DNA of 64,000 bases from Lama glama (Eukaryota). The position numbers and the translations under genes are program-made. The notes under the pieces are model-generated. The model saw nothing but the letters and a program-made list of their open reading frames with translations. It searched no databases and was not told where the DNA came from. The stretch is from the NCBI GenBank assembly GCA_028534125.1, contig CM052817.1, forward strand, positions 80,106,001-80,170,000, written 5' to 3'. Below are positions 48,526-62,120 of the stretch, piece by piece. How positions within the stretch are numbered: position 1 is the first letter of the stretch; every line of letters starts with the position of its first letter.

Positions 48526-49995
48526 GACGCTTGTTAGCTTCTTGTAAAACACATTTCTTTTGTGAATGTAGGCTGAGAAACAATATGCTGGAAATAATAA
48601 CATCTCCAAGGACTAGCTGCTGGTTTAGGCTGCTTAATGTGATGTTGAATCCTTTTTGAAACATTTTCTAACTTACTACTAAAAGCTTGACTTTGGGGTT
48701 TTTTAGAAGCTCTGTAGCAGAACACGATAATTTCGTACGAATAATTTGACAAACGGAGTTAGAATAGAGAATGATTGATGTTGGGTTAGTAGAAACTTTT
48801 CATGTCTGTGGAATTTATGGTCTTAAGTTTGGGCACATTGACTGGTATGAATACTTTTTTTGCAGGATTTATGTGTACTTCATTTGGTGCCATTACATAA
48901 TTTAATGGGTCAGGTAGATGCCTAATCATCAAATGTTACATGTGAAAATTTTGGGGGATAGGGCTATAAACTAACTACACCATCCAATAACATTTTTAGT
49001 TATTTTAAAAGGTTAGGAACTGAAGAAACATACAGTAAGCTTTTAAACTTAAAGTTACTACCAGTGGAGAATGTGTTTAAACAATGGCTGATCACTCTTG
49101 GAATCGTGAGCTGATTTATTCATCACAGAAACCAGGACTGCAACTGCATTTTTAATTGCTTTAATGAAAGATTTTTTTTCCTTTATTTTCTTTTGATACA
49201 GTATTTACAATTCATGGACTTGTGCCATTTTCCATTCGGCACTTTATTATTTGGCCTGCGGCCATGGTGCACTGTGATGTTACTCATAAGGTCCAGAGTG
49301 ATTAGCCCTGGTCAGAGTACTTTCTTACATTGCTTTTCATGCTCACTTCAGATTGTAAAAATCTTCCTGAGAAGTCAACATTTCTGTAATTAGATTCCCC
49401 TATATGTCACTCTTCTAGCCATTATATCTGCAAAAATATCTCCAAATTATTTCTGCAAAAGATTTGATATTTATTTTGCTATAGAAAACCTGTTCCAAGT
49501 AGCTAGTTAATTGCAAACATTTTTAATAGTAAATTGAGCATTCAACATCTTTTGAGAGAAGGTTTTGGTGTGTGAAATTAAACCTTCTAAATCACACTTG
49601 CCTAATTTAAGTTTGAAAGAAATGTCTTAAGATGGGAATGTTGCCAATTATAATATAACGCATTATTAATTTCAGGAGACCGCAAGTGTTAGCCACTTAC
49701 TTAAATGTAATGTTTCCTTTTTTTGGACTTTTCTGAATTGGTGGTTATACCAAATGATATATTAAAAGTCAAATGTATTTTACAGTTAGTTGGTGATGAA
49801 AGACAGATGTATTTCTTTACTCTAAGAATTCTTAGAATCTTTGGATATGCTAATAAGCATTGTGAAATTTCAGTTTTTTTACCCAGAGATAACTTTTAAT
49901 ATTTTTTTATAGTTCTAATAGCTTTTTTAGAATTTTATAAATTTTTTTGTGCATGTAGGTATTTTAATATTATTAATCTTAGGGTATATATAATT

Positions 49996-52020
49996 CTTTT
50001 TAAACTTTTTTATTGATTTATACTCATTTTACAATGTTGTGTCAAATTCCAGTGTAGAGCACAAATTTTCAGTTATACATGAACATATATGTATTCATTG
50101 TCACATTTTTTTCTCTGTGAGCTACCATAAGATCTTGTATATATTTCCCTGTGCTATACAGTGTAATCTTGTTTATCTATTCTACAATTTTGAAATCCCA
50201 GTCTATCTCTTCCAACCCTCCGCCCTCTTGGCAACCACAAGTTTGTATTCTGTGTCTATGAGTCTATTTCTGTTTTGTATTTATGCTTTGTTTGTTTTTT
50301 TAGATTCCACATATGAGTGATCTCATATGGTATTTTTCTTTCTCTTTCTGGCTTACTTCACTTAGAAAGACATTCTCCAGGAGCATCCATGTTGCTGCAA
50401 ATGGCGTTATGTTGTTAGTTTTTTATGGCTGAGTAGTATTCTATCATATAAATAAACCACCTCTTCTTTATCCACTCATCTGTTGATGGACATTTAGGCT
50501 GTTTCCATGTCTTGGCTATTGTAAATAATGCTGCTATGAACAGTGGTGTGCAGGTGTCATTTTGAAGTAGGGTTCCTTCTGGATATATGCCCAGGAGTGG
50601 GATTCCTGGGTCATCTGGTAAGTCTATTCCAGTCTTTTGAGGAATCTCCATACTGTTTTCCCCAATGGCTGCACCAAACTGCATTCCCACCAGCAGTGTA
50701 GGAGGGTTCCCTTTTCTCCACAGCCTCTTCAGCATTTGTCATTTGTGGACTTTTGAATGATGGCCATTGTGACTGGTGTGAGGTGATACCTCACTGTAGT
50801 TTTGATTTGCATTTCTCTGATAATTAGTAATATGGAGCATTTTTTCATGTGCCTATNNNNNNNNNNNNNNNNNNNNNNNNNNNNNNNNNNNNNNNNNNNN
50901 NNNNNNNNNNNNNNNNNNNNNNNNNNNNNNNNNNNNNNNNNNNNNNNNNNNNNNNNNNNNNNNNNNNNNNNNNNNNNNNNNNNNNNNNNNNNNNNNNNNN
51001 NNNNNNNNNNNNNNNNNNNNNNNNNNNNNNNNNNNNNNNNNNNNNNNNNNNNNNNNNNNNNNNNNNNNNNNNNNNNNNNNNNNNNNNNNNNNNNNNNNNN
51101 NNNNNNNNNNNNNNNNNNNNNNNNNNNNNNNNNNNNNNNNNNNNNNNNNNNNNNNNNNNNNNNNNNNNNNNNNNNNNNNNNNNNNNNNNNNNNNNNNNNN
51201 NNNNNNNNNNNNNNNNNNNNNNNNNNNNNNNNNNNNNNNNNNNNNNNNNNNNNNNNNNNNNNNNNNNNNNNNNNNNNNNNNNNNNNNNNNNNNNNNNNNN
51301 NNNNNNNNNNNNNNNNNNNNNNNNNNNNNNNNNNNNNNNNNNNNNNNNNNNNNNNNTTGTCGAAGATGAGTTGACCAAAAGTTTGTGGGTTCATTTCTGG
51401 GCTCTCTATTCTGTTCCATTGGTCCATATGTCTGTTTTTGTACCAATACCATGCTGTCTTGATGACTGTAGCTCTATAGTATTGTCTGAAGTCTGGGAGA
51501 GTTATTCCTCCAGCGTCTTTCTTTCTCTTCAGTAATGCTTTGGCAATTCTAGGTCTTTGATGGTTCCATGTAAATTTTATTATGATTTGTTCTAGTTCTG
51601 TGAAGTATGTCCTGAGTAATTTGATAGGGATTGCATTAAATCCGTAGATTGCCTTGGGCAGTGTGACCATTTTAAGGATATTGATTCTTCCAGTCCAAGA
51701 GCATGGGATATCTTTCCATTTTTTAAAGTCTTCTTTAATTTCCTTCATCAATGGTTTATAGTTTTCTGTGTATAATTCTTTCACCTTGGTTAGATTGATT
51801 CCTAGGTATTTTATTACTTTGGGTGCTATTTTAAAGGGGATTGTTTCTTTACTTTCTTTTTCTGTTGATTCATTGTTAGTGTAAAGAAATGCAACTGATT
51901 TTTGAACGTTAATCTTGTAACCTGCTACCTTGCTGAATTCTTTGATCAGCTCTAGTAGTTTCTGTGTGGACCTTTTAGGGTTTTCTATATATAGTAACAT
52001 GTCATCGGCATATAGTGACA
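49996..52020 (-). mobile_element. Young 5'-truncated L1 (about 2 kb) spanning an assembly gap
   Basis: ORF 50729..52021 is ORF2 from the RT motif ([14 protein letters not shown]) to the Cys-rich region, ending at a TGG>TGA stop. The full 3' UTR lies at about 50000-50400. Confidence 0.95.
50857..51356. other. Assembly gap, 500 N
   Basis: Run of N inside the young L1. Confidence 1.
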
Positions 52021-54480
52021 CTTAGGATATGTATAGTTTTATACTCTGCTTTTTTCACTAAAAGTTATATGGTAAACGTCTTACTCTAAAATTTTTGGCA
52101 AACATCTTGTTAATAGTAGCATAATAGACTATATGTGGATAAACTATAATTGTTTTATCCTTCTTCCATTCTCAAATACATAGGGTATTTTCTGTTTTTC
52201 TCTTGTATGATTGTAAATTAATTTTTGTCCAGATCTTTGCATTTATGATTCCTAGAAGTGGAATATGTGATTTTTAAATCTTGTGACAAGTATCATCAAA
52301 TTTTTTTTCCCCAGAAGGGTTTTTCTAATTTATAAGCATGTGATGAAAATGTAAAATTACCAAGAGCTTAAGCAAAATCTCATTTTATTTTCGCTTTAGT
52401 CCTTTTCTCTAATTTTTACTTTCCACTAGTTTATTTTCTTGACCAAAATTTTCTTTATTTCTTGGAATAATATTTTTTTTATAGTAATACTTATTTCTCA
52501 GATAAGTTTTAGATGAAGAGATTTTAAAAAGAGAATGGAAATAAACTATCAGTTACATATCTTCTCCCTATAAAAATGTTAAATTTTTAGATAAAAGGGT
52601 ATAGCTGAATGATTTTTTAATGCATTTTAAGTTCCATAAGAGCAGAGGTTCTTTTTGTTTTTATCCTTAGTGCTTAGCATAGGATTAGCACATACTAGAT
52701 GTCTAATCAATATTTGATGAATAAATAAGTGAATAACTATAATTTTCATGGAAAAAATAATTGATGCTCAATTCTGGATATTTGAGAAATACTTGAAAAA
52801 GGTTATCTTCCTTCTGTACCAATGTCCAATATAAGCTGTTATTACCCTTATGTAACTTTCTTCAGATTTTTCATGTTTTATAAAGCAACTGATTTCTTCA
52901 GTGAATTTTAACAATTTTGAAATACAGATGCCTATAATGGTGCTGAACTGCCTACTCTGGAGGGGTATACAGTAATTCTTTATATTTTTTGTGGAATATG
53001 TTGCTTCTTTGACCTACTATTAAAAATCCTCATTTTATTAAGGTAAACAAAGAAAAATAGTGTTTTTAATATTTATACTTATATATTATCTTTGCAGTAA
53101 GTCATTTTTTATACATCATAGCATCACTGATACATGACATTCTTAACCAAATATATACAAGTTTATTGGCATCAAGTTTATGTAATTCATTTATGTATCT
53201 TAGCTTCCTCCTCACTGCCTGCCACTTTCCCAACTTCATTTTATGTAGTTTTAGGTTGTCCCTTACTTTTTGGAAATAATCCAGATATGTATATTTTTGA
53301 TATTACCTTTGGATTGCAGTTTTCATAATTTGGACCATTGGTTTAAAATAAGCTAAAAGCCAATAAAAAAAAAATAGAACTCTACTTTCATATGAACCTA
53401 CTGTTGTAAAGTGAACTGCAACCAAAGCTTCAGGACTATATAGTCCCAAACCTGTAAGCTTGGATCCTGGTTAGATGTAGAGGTAGTTGTGATCAGATTG
53501 TCTACCAAGTGTCATTAGTTAAATGAACATTTTTCATTTACTCTCATTTTAAAAAGTAGTAAACCACTTAATTATATGAATAATTACAAGGCTGTCTGGT
53601 TCACTAGTTACATATTCAAAATTTGGTGATGTGTTTTTATTTGGCACTTTTTCAGATGAGATTGGAACATCAGAATGTAATGAGCCAGTTGAATTTCTTA
53701 GGATGCGCTCATTAGCATTACTTTTTTGGTGCAGAGATTTGAGTTAAATAGTTTAATTGACCACAATTACATTTCACTTTTCATGTAGCTTCAGGATAAT
53801 TTGAAGGAATTTGAGTTTCTAATTTTTTAAAATAATACTATATTCTATGTTTTCTTTGTTTTTACAGACTCAAAGGGTTGAGGGTTTCTGTGATACTTTA
53901 CTAAATAACAGATTACTTTTTTTGGAATAGATAGTACAACCTGTGGAAATTCTGTTAATTCCATATTGGTTCTTGGCAGAGCTTTTGAATTCAGTTTCTT
54001 TTGATTTTGCTTCTTGTTGTCTAGACAGAAGAGTGTCTTCTATCACTCCCAAGATCCTAGTCTTCCTGCCAGCTTCTCTTGTGCATTTTTATAGTTTTAA
54101 GTAATAACAGTTGAACAGGAAAGCACATTTGGGAAAGTAGATTACTTCTAACCAGGAAATACTCTGTGCCAAAATCAAGATTGTAGTTTTAACCTTATTA
54201 AATATTGTCGAAGTGTAACTCTTTCATTCCACTTTTCTTTTTATACCTTACTTTTCTCAGGCTTCAGGAGGAGAAATGAGAAGATACAAAAGTTAGTGGA
54301 AGGATCACCAATTTCTGTACTCAGTCCTGATCCTGGTTAACTTTGATGAATTTGAACACTCTTTCTTTCAGATTATAAATAGAAAACTCATAATGTAGTT
54401 TCTGATGAATGTTTTCTTTTAAATCTGTTAAATAAAGTTAAGGTTGTCCACGTGTGTGTATAGGTGAGCAGTACTCAGTA

Positions 54481-56819
54481 CAAGCACAACTCATTTTGGT
54501 ATGCTTCCCTTTATTGTGCTTTACAGATGTTTTTCACAAATTGAAATTTTGTGGCAACCCTGCAACAGGCAAGTCTTTTGAAGCCATTTTTCTAACAACA
54601 TTTTCTCAGTTTGTGTCTCTGTTACATTTTGGTAATTACTGCAATATTTCAGACTTTTTCATTATTATATTTGTTATGGTAATCTGTGATCAATGATCTT
54701 TGATGTTACTATTATAATTGTTTTAGGGCACCACGAACTGTGCCCATATAAGATGATGAACTTAACTGATAATTATCGTACGTTCTGGCTGCTCCACCGA
54801 CCAGCTGTTTACCCACCTCGTTCCTCTTCTTGGGTCTCTCTATTCTCTGAGACACAACAATATTGAAATTAGGCCAGTGAATAATACTGCAATGGCTTCT
54901 GAGTATTCAAGTGAAAGACAGAGTTACATCTCTCACTATCAGTCAAAAGCTAGAAATGATTAAGCTTAGTGAAGAAGGCATGTAGAAAGCCAAGACAGGC
55001 CAAGAGCTAGGTCTTTTATGCCAGTCAAATTGTGACTTCAAAGGATAAGTTCTAGAAGGAAATTAAAACTGCTACTCCAGTGGATACATGAATAATAAGA
55101 AAGTAAAACAGCCTTACTGCTGACATGGAGAAAGTTATAGTGGCCTGCATAGAAAATCAAACCAGCTAGAACATTCCTTGAAGCCAAAGCCTAAGTCATA
55201 GCAAATCCCAAACTCTCTTCAATTCTGTGAAAGGTGAGAGTGGTGAGGGAGTTGCAGAAGAAAAGTTTGAAGCTAGCTGAGGTTTGTTAATGATGTTTAA
55301 AGAAAGAACCTGTCTCCATAACATTGAAGTGCAAGGTAAAGCAGCAAGTGCTGATACAGAAGCCGCAGCAAGTTATCTAGGAGATCTAGCTAAGATAACA
55401 AATGAAGGTGGCTACACTAACCAACAGATTATCATTGTAGATGAAACAGTCTTATATTGGAATAAGATGCTATCTAGGAGTTTCATAGCTAAAGAGGAGA
55501 AGTCACTACCTGGCTTGAAAGCTTCAAAGGATAGGCTGACTCTTGTCAGGGGCTAATGCAGCTGGTGACTTAACGTTGAAGCCAGTGCTCATTTACCATT
55601 CCAAAAATCCTAGGGTCCTTGAGAAATATGCTAAATCTACTCTGTTTGTGCTCTATGATTGGAAGAACAAAGCCCAGATCACAACACGTCTGTCTACAAC
55701 AGGGTTTGCTGAATAATTTATGTGCACTATTGGGATCTAATGCTCAGGAAAAAAAAAAAAGATTCCTTTCAGAATATTATGGCTCACTGACAATGCACCT
55801 GATTACCCAAATGTTCTGATGGAGATGTACAAAATCAGTGTTTTCATGCCTGCTAACACACTATCCATTCTGCAGCCCATGGACCAAGGCATCATTTCGA
55901 CTTTCAAGTCTTAAATAAGAAGTATATTTTGTAATTCATCTGATGGATCTGGACAAAATAAATTGAAAACCTTCTGAGAAGGATTCAGCATTCCACATGC
56001 CATTAAGAACATTCATGAGAAGAGGTCAAAATACCAACATTCATAGGAGTTTGGAATAAGTTGATTCCAACCCTTATGGGTGACTTTGAGGGGTTCAAAA
56101 CTTAGGTGGAGGAAGTAACTAAAAATGTGATAGAAATAGCAAGAGAACTAGAAGTGGAACCTGAAGTTGTGACTGAATTGCTGCAATCTCATGAGAAAAC
56201 TTGAGTGGATGAGAAATTGCTTCCTATGGATGAGCAAAGAAAGTGATTTCTTGTGATGAAATATACTGATAAAGATGCTGTGAAGATTGTTGATAATGGC
56301 AACAAAGGTTTAAGAATATGAAATAAACTTAGTTGATAAAGCAGCGGTAGGGTTTAAGAAGATTGACTCCAGCTTTGAAAGAAATTCTACAGTGGGTAAA
56401 ATGCTTTGAAACATTACATACTGCAGAGAAATTGTTCATGAAAGGAAGAATCAATTGATGTGGCAAACTTCATTGTTGTCTTATTTTAAGAAATTGCTAC
56501 AGCCACCCCAATCATAAGCAACTGCTGCCCTGATGACTCAGCAGGCATCAAGATCAAGATAAGACTCTCCACCAGCAAAAGATTATGACTTGCTGGGGGC
56601 TCAGATGATGATTAGCATTTTTAGCAAAAAAGTATTTTTAAATTAAGGTATGTTTTTTTTAGACATTATGCTATTGCATACTTACTGGACTACAATACAG
56701 TATAAACATAACTTTCATATGCTCTGGGAAACCAAAAAATTCAGGCCTCAGTTTATTGCACTGTTCTCTTTAATGAAGTGAACTTGAATGGAACCCACAA
56801 TATCTCTGAGATATGCCTG
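54481..56819 (+). mobile_element. Near full-length Tigger1 DNA transposon (decayed pogo-family transposase)
   Basis: Termini are TA|CAAGCACAACTC and GAGATATGCCTG|CA, length is 2.34 kb, and the transposase ATG is at 54892 (MASEYSSERQS). Fragment 55284..55556 has [12 protein letters not shown]...VDETVLYW. It carries many stops and frameshifts. Confidence 0.93.
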
Positions 56820-56951
56820 CAAATACTTGATGAGTGTTTGCTAAAAGCACAGAATTTCATTTACAGTAAAGAAATCATCGGTAGGGTTAATGCAGTTATT
56901 TTGTGGTACTATCTTTACTTCATCTTACACAGATATGCAATGATTTCATAC

Positions 56952-58105
56952 TCTTTTTTAGAAATTTTTTATGGAAGTATAGTGGATTTACAATGTTGTG
57001 TTACTTTCTGGTTTATAGCATAGTGGTTCAGTTATACCTAAATATATTTTTCATATTCTCTTTTCATTATAGGTTATTAGAAGATATTGAATGTAGTTCT
57101 CCGTGCTACACATTAGGACCTTGTTGTTTATCTGCTTTATATATAGCAATTTGTATCTGCTAATCTTAAGCTCTTTGATTTATCTCTCCCTCCCCCTTTT
57201 CCCCTTTGGTAACCATAAATTTGTTTTCTATGCCTGTGAGTCTGTTTCTGTTTTGTAAATAAGTTTATTTGTATCTTTTTTTTAGATTCCACATGAAAGT
57301 GATATCATATGATATTTGTCTTTCTCTGTCTGACTTACTTCACTTAATATGATAATCTCTCAGTCCATCCATGTTGCTGCAGATGGCATTATTTCATTCT
57401 TTTTTGGCTGAGTAGTATTCCATTTGTGTGTGTGTGTGTGTATGTGTATATATATATATATGTGTGTGTGTATATATATATATATGTGTGTGTGTATATA
57501 TATATATATATATACCACATCTTCTTTATCCAGTAATCTGTGGTGGATGTTTAGGTTGTTTCCATGTCTTGGCTATTGTAAATAGTGCTGCTCTGGACAC
57601 TGGGGTGCATGTATCTTTTTGAATTAGAGCTTTCTCCAGATATATGCCCAGAAGTGGGACTGCTGGATCATATAGTAACTCTAGTTTTTTAGGGAATCTC
57701 CATACTATTTTCCATAGGGACTGCACCAAATTACAGTCCCACCAACAATGTAGGAGAGTTCCCTTTTCTCCACGCCCTCTCCAGCGTTTATCATTTGTGA
57801 ACTTTTTAATGATGGCCATTCTGACTGGTGTGAGATGATACCTCATTGTAGTTTTGACTTGCAGTTCTCTGATAATTAGCAATATTGAGCACTTTTTCAC
57901 GTGCTGATTGGGCATCTGTATATCTTCTTTGGAGAAATGTCTATTTAAGTCTTCTGGTTATTTTTTCATTGGGGTGTTTTTTGTTATTGAGTTGTATGAG
58001 CTGTTTGTATATTCTGGATATTAAGCCCTTGTCAGTTGCGTTGTTTGCAAATATTTTCTCACAGTCTGTAAGTTGTCTTTTCATTTTGTTAATGATTTCC
58101 TTCCT
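56952..58105 (-). mobile_element. 5'-truncated L1 (about 1.15 kb)
   Basis: 3' UTR plus ORF 57526..57915 ([17 protein letters not shown]...[10 protein letters not shown]). Confidence 0.92.
57425..57514. repeat. Compound (TG)n/(TA)n microsatellite inside L1
   Basis: Three alternating TG and TA blocks. Confidence 0.9.
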
Positions 58106-60720
58106 GATGGTCAAATATATATGATTTGCAAATATTGTCCTCCACTCAGTGAGCTGCCTATTTTCACTTTCGTGATAGTGTCTTTGGAGCATAGAAGTTT
58201 TTAATTTTGAGGAAGTCTGGTGTATCTATTTTTTCTTTTCTTATATGTATTTTTCGTGTCACATTTGAGAAACTATAGTCAAATCGAAGGTCAGGAGAAT
58301 TTACCTTAACTTCTCTTTTAGAGCTTACAGTTTCAGCTTGTACATTTAGGTCCTTGGTTAATATTTTTTTTTTCCTCCACAGGTTGGGGGTTAACCCTGC
58401 TCTTTTGTGTGTAACCATAGGACTGTAGAAACTCTAGCTATAGCTTAGAGTCATAAGAACCATATCTGGGGAAAGGTGTTTTTTTTTAACTATGGTAAAT
58501 ATGTATAACATAAAATTCACTGTTTTAACCATTCTTAAGTGTATAATTTGTTGGCATTAAGTATATTCATATTGCTATGCAGTCATCACCAGTCATTTTC
58601 AGAACTGTTTCCTCTTCCCAAGCAGAAACTCTGTACCCATTCAACACTCTTTGTTCCCTCCCTCACTATTAGGTATTGAAGATGTCCTTTATTAAATTAT
58701 GTTTCTTTCTATTCCTAGTTTGCTGAGGTGTTTGTTTTTTTAATCATGGATGGCTGTTGAATTCTGTTGAATGCTTTTCTTGCATCTATTAAAATGATCA
58801 TGTGGTTTTTCTTAGTCTGTCTATATGGTAAATTACATTGATTTTTTTTTTTAAAGTGTTGAATTGGTCTTGTATTCCTGGATGAACTCCACTTGGCTGT
58901 GATATAGTATCCTTTTTATATGTTACTGGATTCTATTTGCTGATATTTTGTTGAGAATTTTTATGTGTTCATGAGAGAGACTGGCCTGTAATTTTCCTGT
59001 AATGTTTTTGTCTGGTTTTGGGATTAGGATAATGTTGGCGTTATAGAACGAGTTGGGAAGTGTTCTCTCTTCATTTATTTGTTAGAAGAAATTGCATAGA
59101 ATTAGTACTATTTCTCCGTTAAATGTTCTTCATTGAAACCATCTGGGCCTGAAATTTCCATTATTTGGTAGGCTTAAGTTAAATTTAATTTTTTAGTAAA
59201 TCTCAGACTATTCAGGTTATCCATTTTTTTCTTGAGTGAGTTTCGGTAGTTTGTATCTTTTAAGGAATTAATCCATTTGACCTTCATTTTTTGAAATGTG
59301 TACATACAGTTCATAGTCTTGCTTATTATGTTTTTACTGTCTGCAGGATGAGTAGTGATGTTTTATCTTTCATTTCTGATACTGGTAACTTGGTATATTC
59401 TATTCTTTTTTTCATGATCAATCTGCCTTGATGTTGGTTTTATATTTGATATTTTGAGCATTTCAAATTATGAGCATTTTGTTTTTCTGGTTTTGATTTC
59501 ACTGATTTCTGCTGTCATCTTTATTATTTCCTTCCTGCTATTTACATTAGGCTTCATTTGCTCTTCTTCCTTTAGTTTAAGGTGGGAACTGTGGTTAGTG
59601 ATGTATTTTTCTCTTTTCTAAGTCTGTGTTCAATGCCATAGACAATCATTAAGCATTGCTTTAGCTGCATTCACATGTTTGATGTGTTGTATTTTTATTT
59701 CTATTTAGTTCAAAATATTTTTTTTAATTTCCCATGAGACATCTTTAACTTAACATAGTCTGCCTTCAAGTGGAAATATATCACATTTATGGTGTAAGAA
59801 CCTTAAAACAGTATCCTTCCATTGGCTCCTTCCTGGCTTTTGTACTATTGTCATACATTTTACTTTTACATATGTTTTAAACTCCAGAGCACATTGTCAT
59901 CATTTTTGTTCTAAACGGTATTTCCTTTTGAAGAGATTTAACTAATAATAAAAAAAGATCTTTATATTTACACAAAGTAGTTACCATTTCCAGCTCTCTT
60001 TAGTCTTTTGTGTAGATTCAGGTTTCCATCTGGTATCATTTTCCTTCTTCCTGAAAGGCTTACTTTAACATTTCCTGTATTGCAGGTGTGCTAGTCATGA
60101 ATTCTTAAAGTTTTTGCAAGTCTCAAAAGAGTCGTTATTTTATTTTTGCTTTAGAAAGATATTTTTATTGGATAAAGAATTTAGTTTGATAGTGACTGCC
60201 CCCTCCCCGCCCAGTTCTTTAATGATTTTGCTTCATTCTCTTCCTTTTTACATTATTTTTGAAAAAAAAATCTGCTGTCTCCATTTTCTTTGTTTTCTGT
60301 ATGTAATATATGTTTTTCCCTCTGGTTGCTTTTAAGATTTTCTCTTTGTCACTAGTTTTCAGCAATTTAATTGTACACTGTGGTCGTTTTCTTCATGCAT
60401 CTTGTGCTGGTTCATTGGTTTTCTTAAATATGTGTGTCTATAGTTTTAATCAAATTTGAAAAAAAATTTTGACCATGATGTATTTAAATATTTAGTCTGT
60501 TTCTTGCTTCCCGCCCTCACTGAAGGCTAAAAATTCACATGTACCTTTGTCTGCTTGATATTGTTCCAAAGCTCATTGATGCTGTGTTCATTTTTAAAAT
60601 TATTCTGCATTCTTTCTCCCTTTGTTTTATTTTAAGGAGTCTCTGTTGCTCTTCCTACCAGTTCATTATCCTTTTTTCCCCTCTGAAGTGTCTAATTAGC
60701 TGTTAATCACTCTGTGTCTA
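58106..60720 (-). mobile_element. Patchwork of older L1 fragments
   Basis: ORF2 piece at 58106-58365, L1MB-like 3' end at about 58480-58670, and diverged ORF2/ORF1 sequence at 58680-60720 ('aatgcttttcttgcatctattaaaatgatcatgtgg'). Confidence 0.7.
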
Positions 60721-60989
60721 TCCCCAGAGTGACTCCAGCCTCTGGCCCATACCTGTAGCCCCCTCTCATCCCTCCCTTCGCAATGCAGATAGTGCATTCA
60801 AGCCCTCTCCCTGCCCTGCCCTCTACTTCCCCAGAGGGTGAATCTTAACCTTCCTCCTTGTATCCCCCAACCCCTGCTGCTATAGGGGGCTAAATTATCT
60901 ATATTTTGGAGAGAGAACTCTATATTTGTAGGGGATGCCGGGGCCCAGGCTGGATCCCTATCTCTTATATAAATTGTACAGACTGAAAA

Positions 60990-61350
60990 AAATACAACCA
61001 AAATACCCCTATAATTTCTGAGTAAACCTGTCTTGAACATTATCTAAATATTTACTAAACTCTATACTTTATCTGGATTTCATTAGTTCCACCAGTGTCC
61101 CTTGTCTATTTCAGGATCCTAAGCCATCACATTACATTTAGTTGTCATGTATTCTTATGCTTCTCTGGACTGTGACAATGTTTCTGTCCTTTTCTTGTTT
61201 TTGATGGCCTTGACAGTTTTGAGGCATACTGGCTAGGTCTTTTGTAAATTGCCTCTCAATTTGAGTTTGGCTGATGTCTTTATATGGTTAGCCTGGTTTT
61301 GTGGGATTTTAGGAGGAAGACCAAAGAAGTGAAATGCCATTCTTATCATA
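60990..61350 (-). mobile_element. L1MC-like 3' UTR fragment
   Basis: L1MC-like sequence 'cacattacatttagttgtcatgt...tttgatggccttgacagttttgagg'. Confidence 0.6.
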
Positions 61351-61779
61351 GTTCAACAAAGGTATAAAAGAAATTATCTAATATAAAAGTCCTCCAGCTC
61401 CTCATGAGTCCTTAACTAGAATTTCGGTTGATGTACTGCTTACATACAGACTTTGTTCTCAATGGCTCTTCTTATCCATGTTTATCTAATATACAACCCT
61501 CCTCCTTTCAGTAGTGTCAAGATCTCTAATGTGTACAACATCGGACTTTTCTAGAGACAGCAGGGAAAAGAAGCCAGGAAGTATGATAGTAACTGGTCAA
61601 CACATAGATGAGGGAAGCTAAAATGGGTCTGCTTTACCAGATTGGAATCTGAAATGAAAACTAGTCAAGTCCCTCAGTATGACCCTGCCATTATTCTCAT
61701 ATGCATCTCTTCCTTTCCCAAAATGAACTAAAAGCCAATATTAGGGGCTGCAAATGGTTTAGTGTCATTCATTCTCATT

Positions 61780-62120
61780 AGACTCATCTTTCCTACTCAC
61801 CTTTCATGTCCCTGCTTAGATATCAGATCTTCTAGAAAGCTGTACTTGACTTTCTAGGACCCTCCAGGCCATTATGTGCTCTTTGAAGCGTCCCATACGA
61901 TTTTTTGTCTAGTCTTTAAACATTTATTAATGTACTTGTTTAATGTCTGCCTCTCCTTCCAGACTGTAAGCTCCATGATATGGAGACCATGTCAGTCTTG
62001 TTCATTCTTTTATCTCATTCTGTATACTCTACCTGTATTCCTAGGGCCTGGCTAAGCGCTCAGAACTTAACAGCTTTTTGCAGTGAGATGAATATATCTG
62101 AATGAATGAGTGAATAAAAT
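61780..62120 (+). mobile_element. L2 3' end fragment
   Basis: L2-like sequence 'gtctgcctctccttccagactgtaagctccatga...tgaatgaatgagtgaat'. Confidence 0.7.

Noticed and set aside
50802..51535. Long ORFs of 177-228 aa in the ORF track
   Set aside because: They are artefacts of translating through the 500-N gap.
50729..52021. 430-aa reverse-transcriptase ORF as an active or novel RT system
   Set aside because: It is a 5'-truncated L1 ORF2 with no promoter, ORF1 or endonuclease, and it has a premature stop.
55284..55819. Transposase-like ORFs as a domesticated gene
   Set aside because: They are fragments of a decayed Tigger1 with stops and frameshifts.
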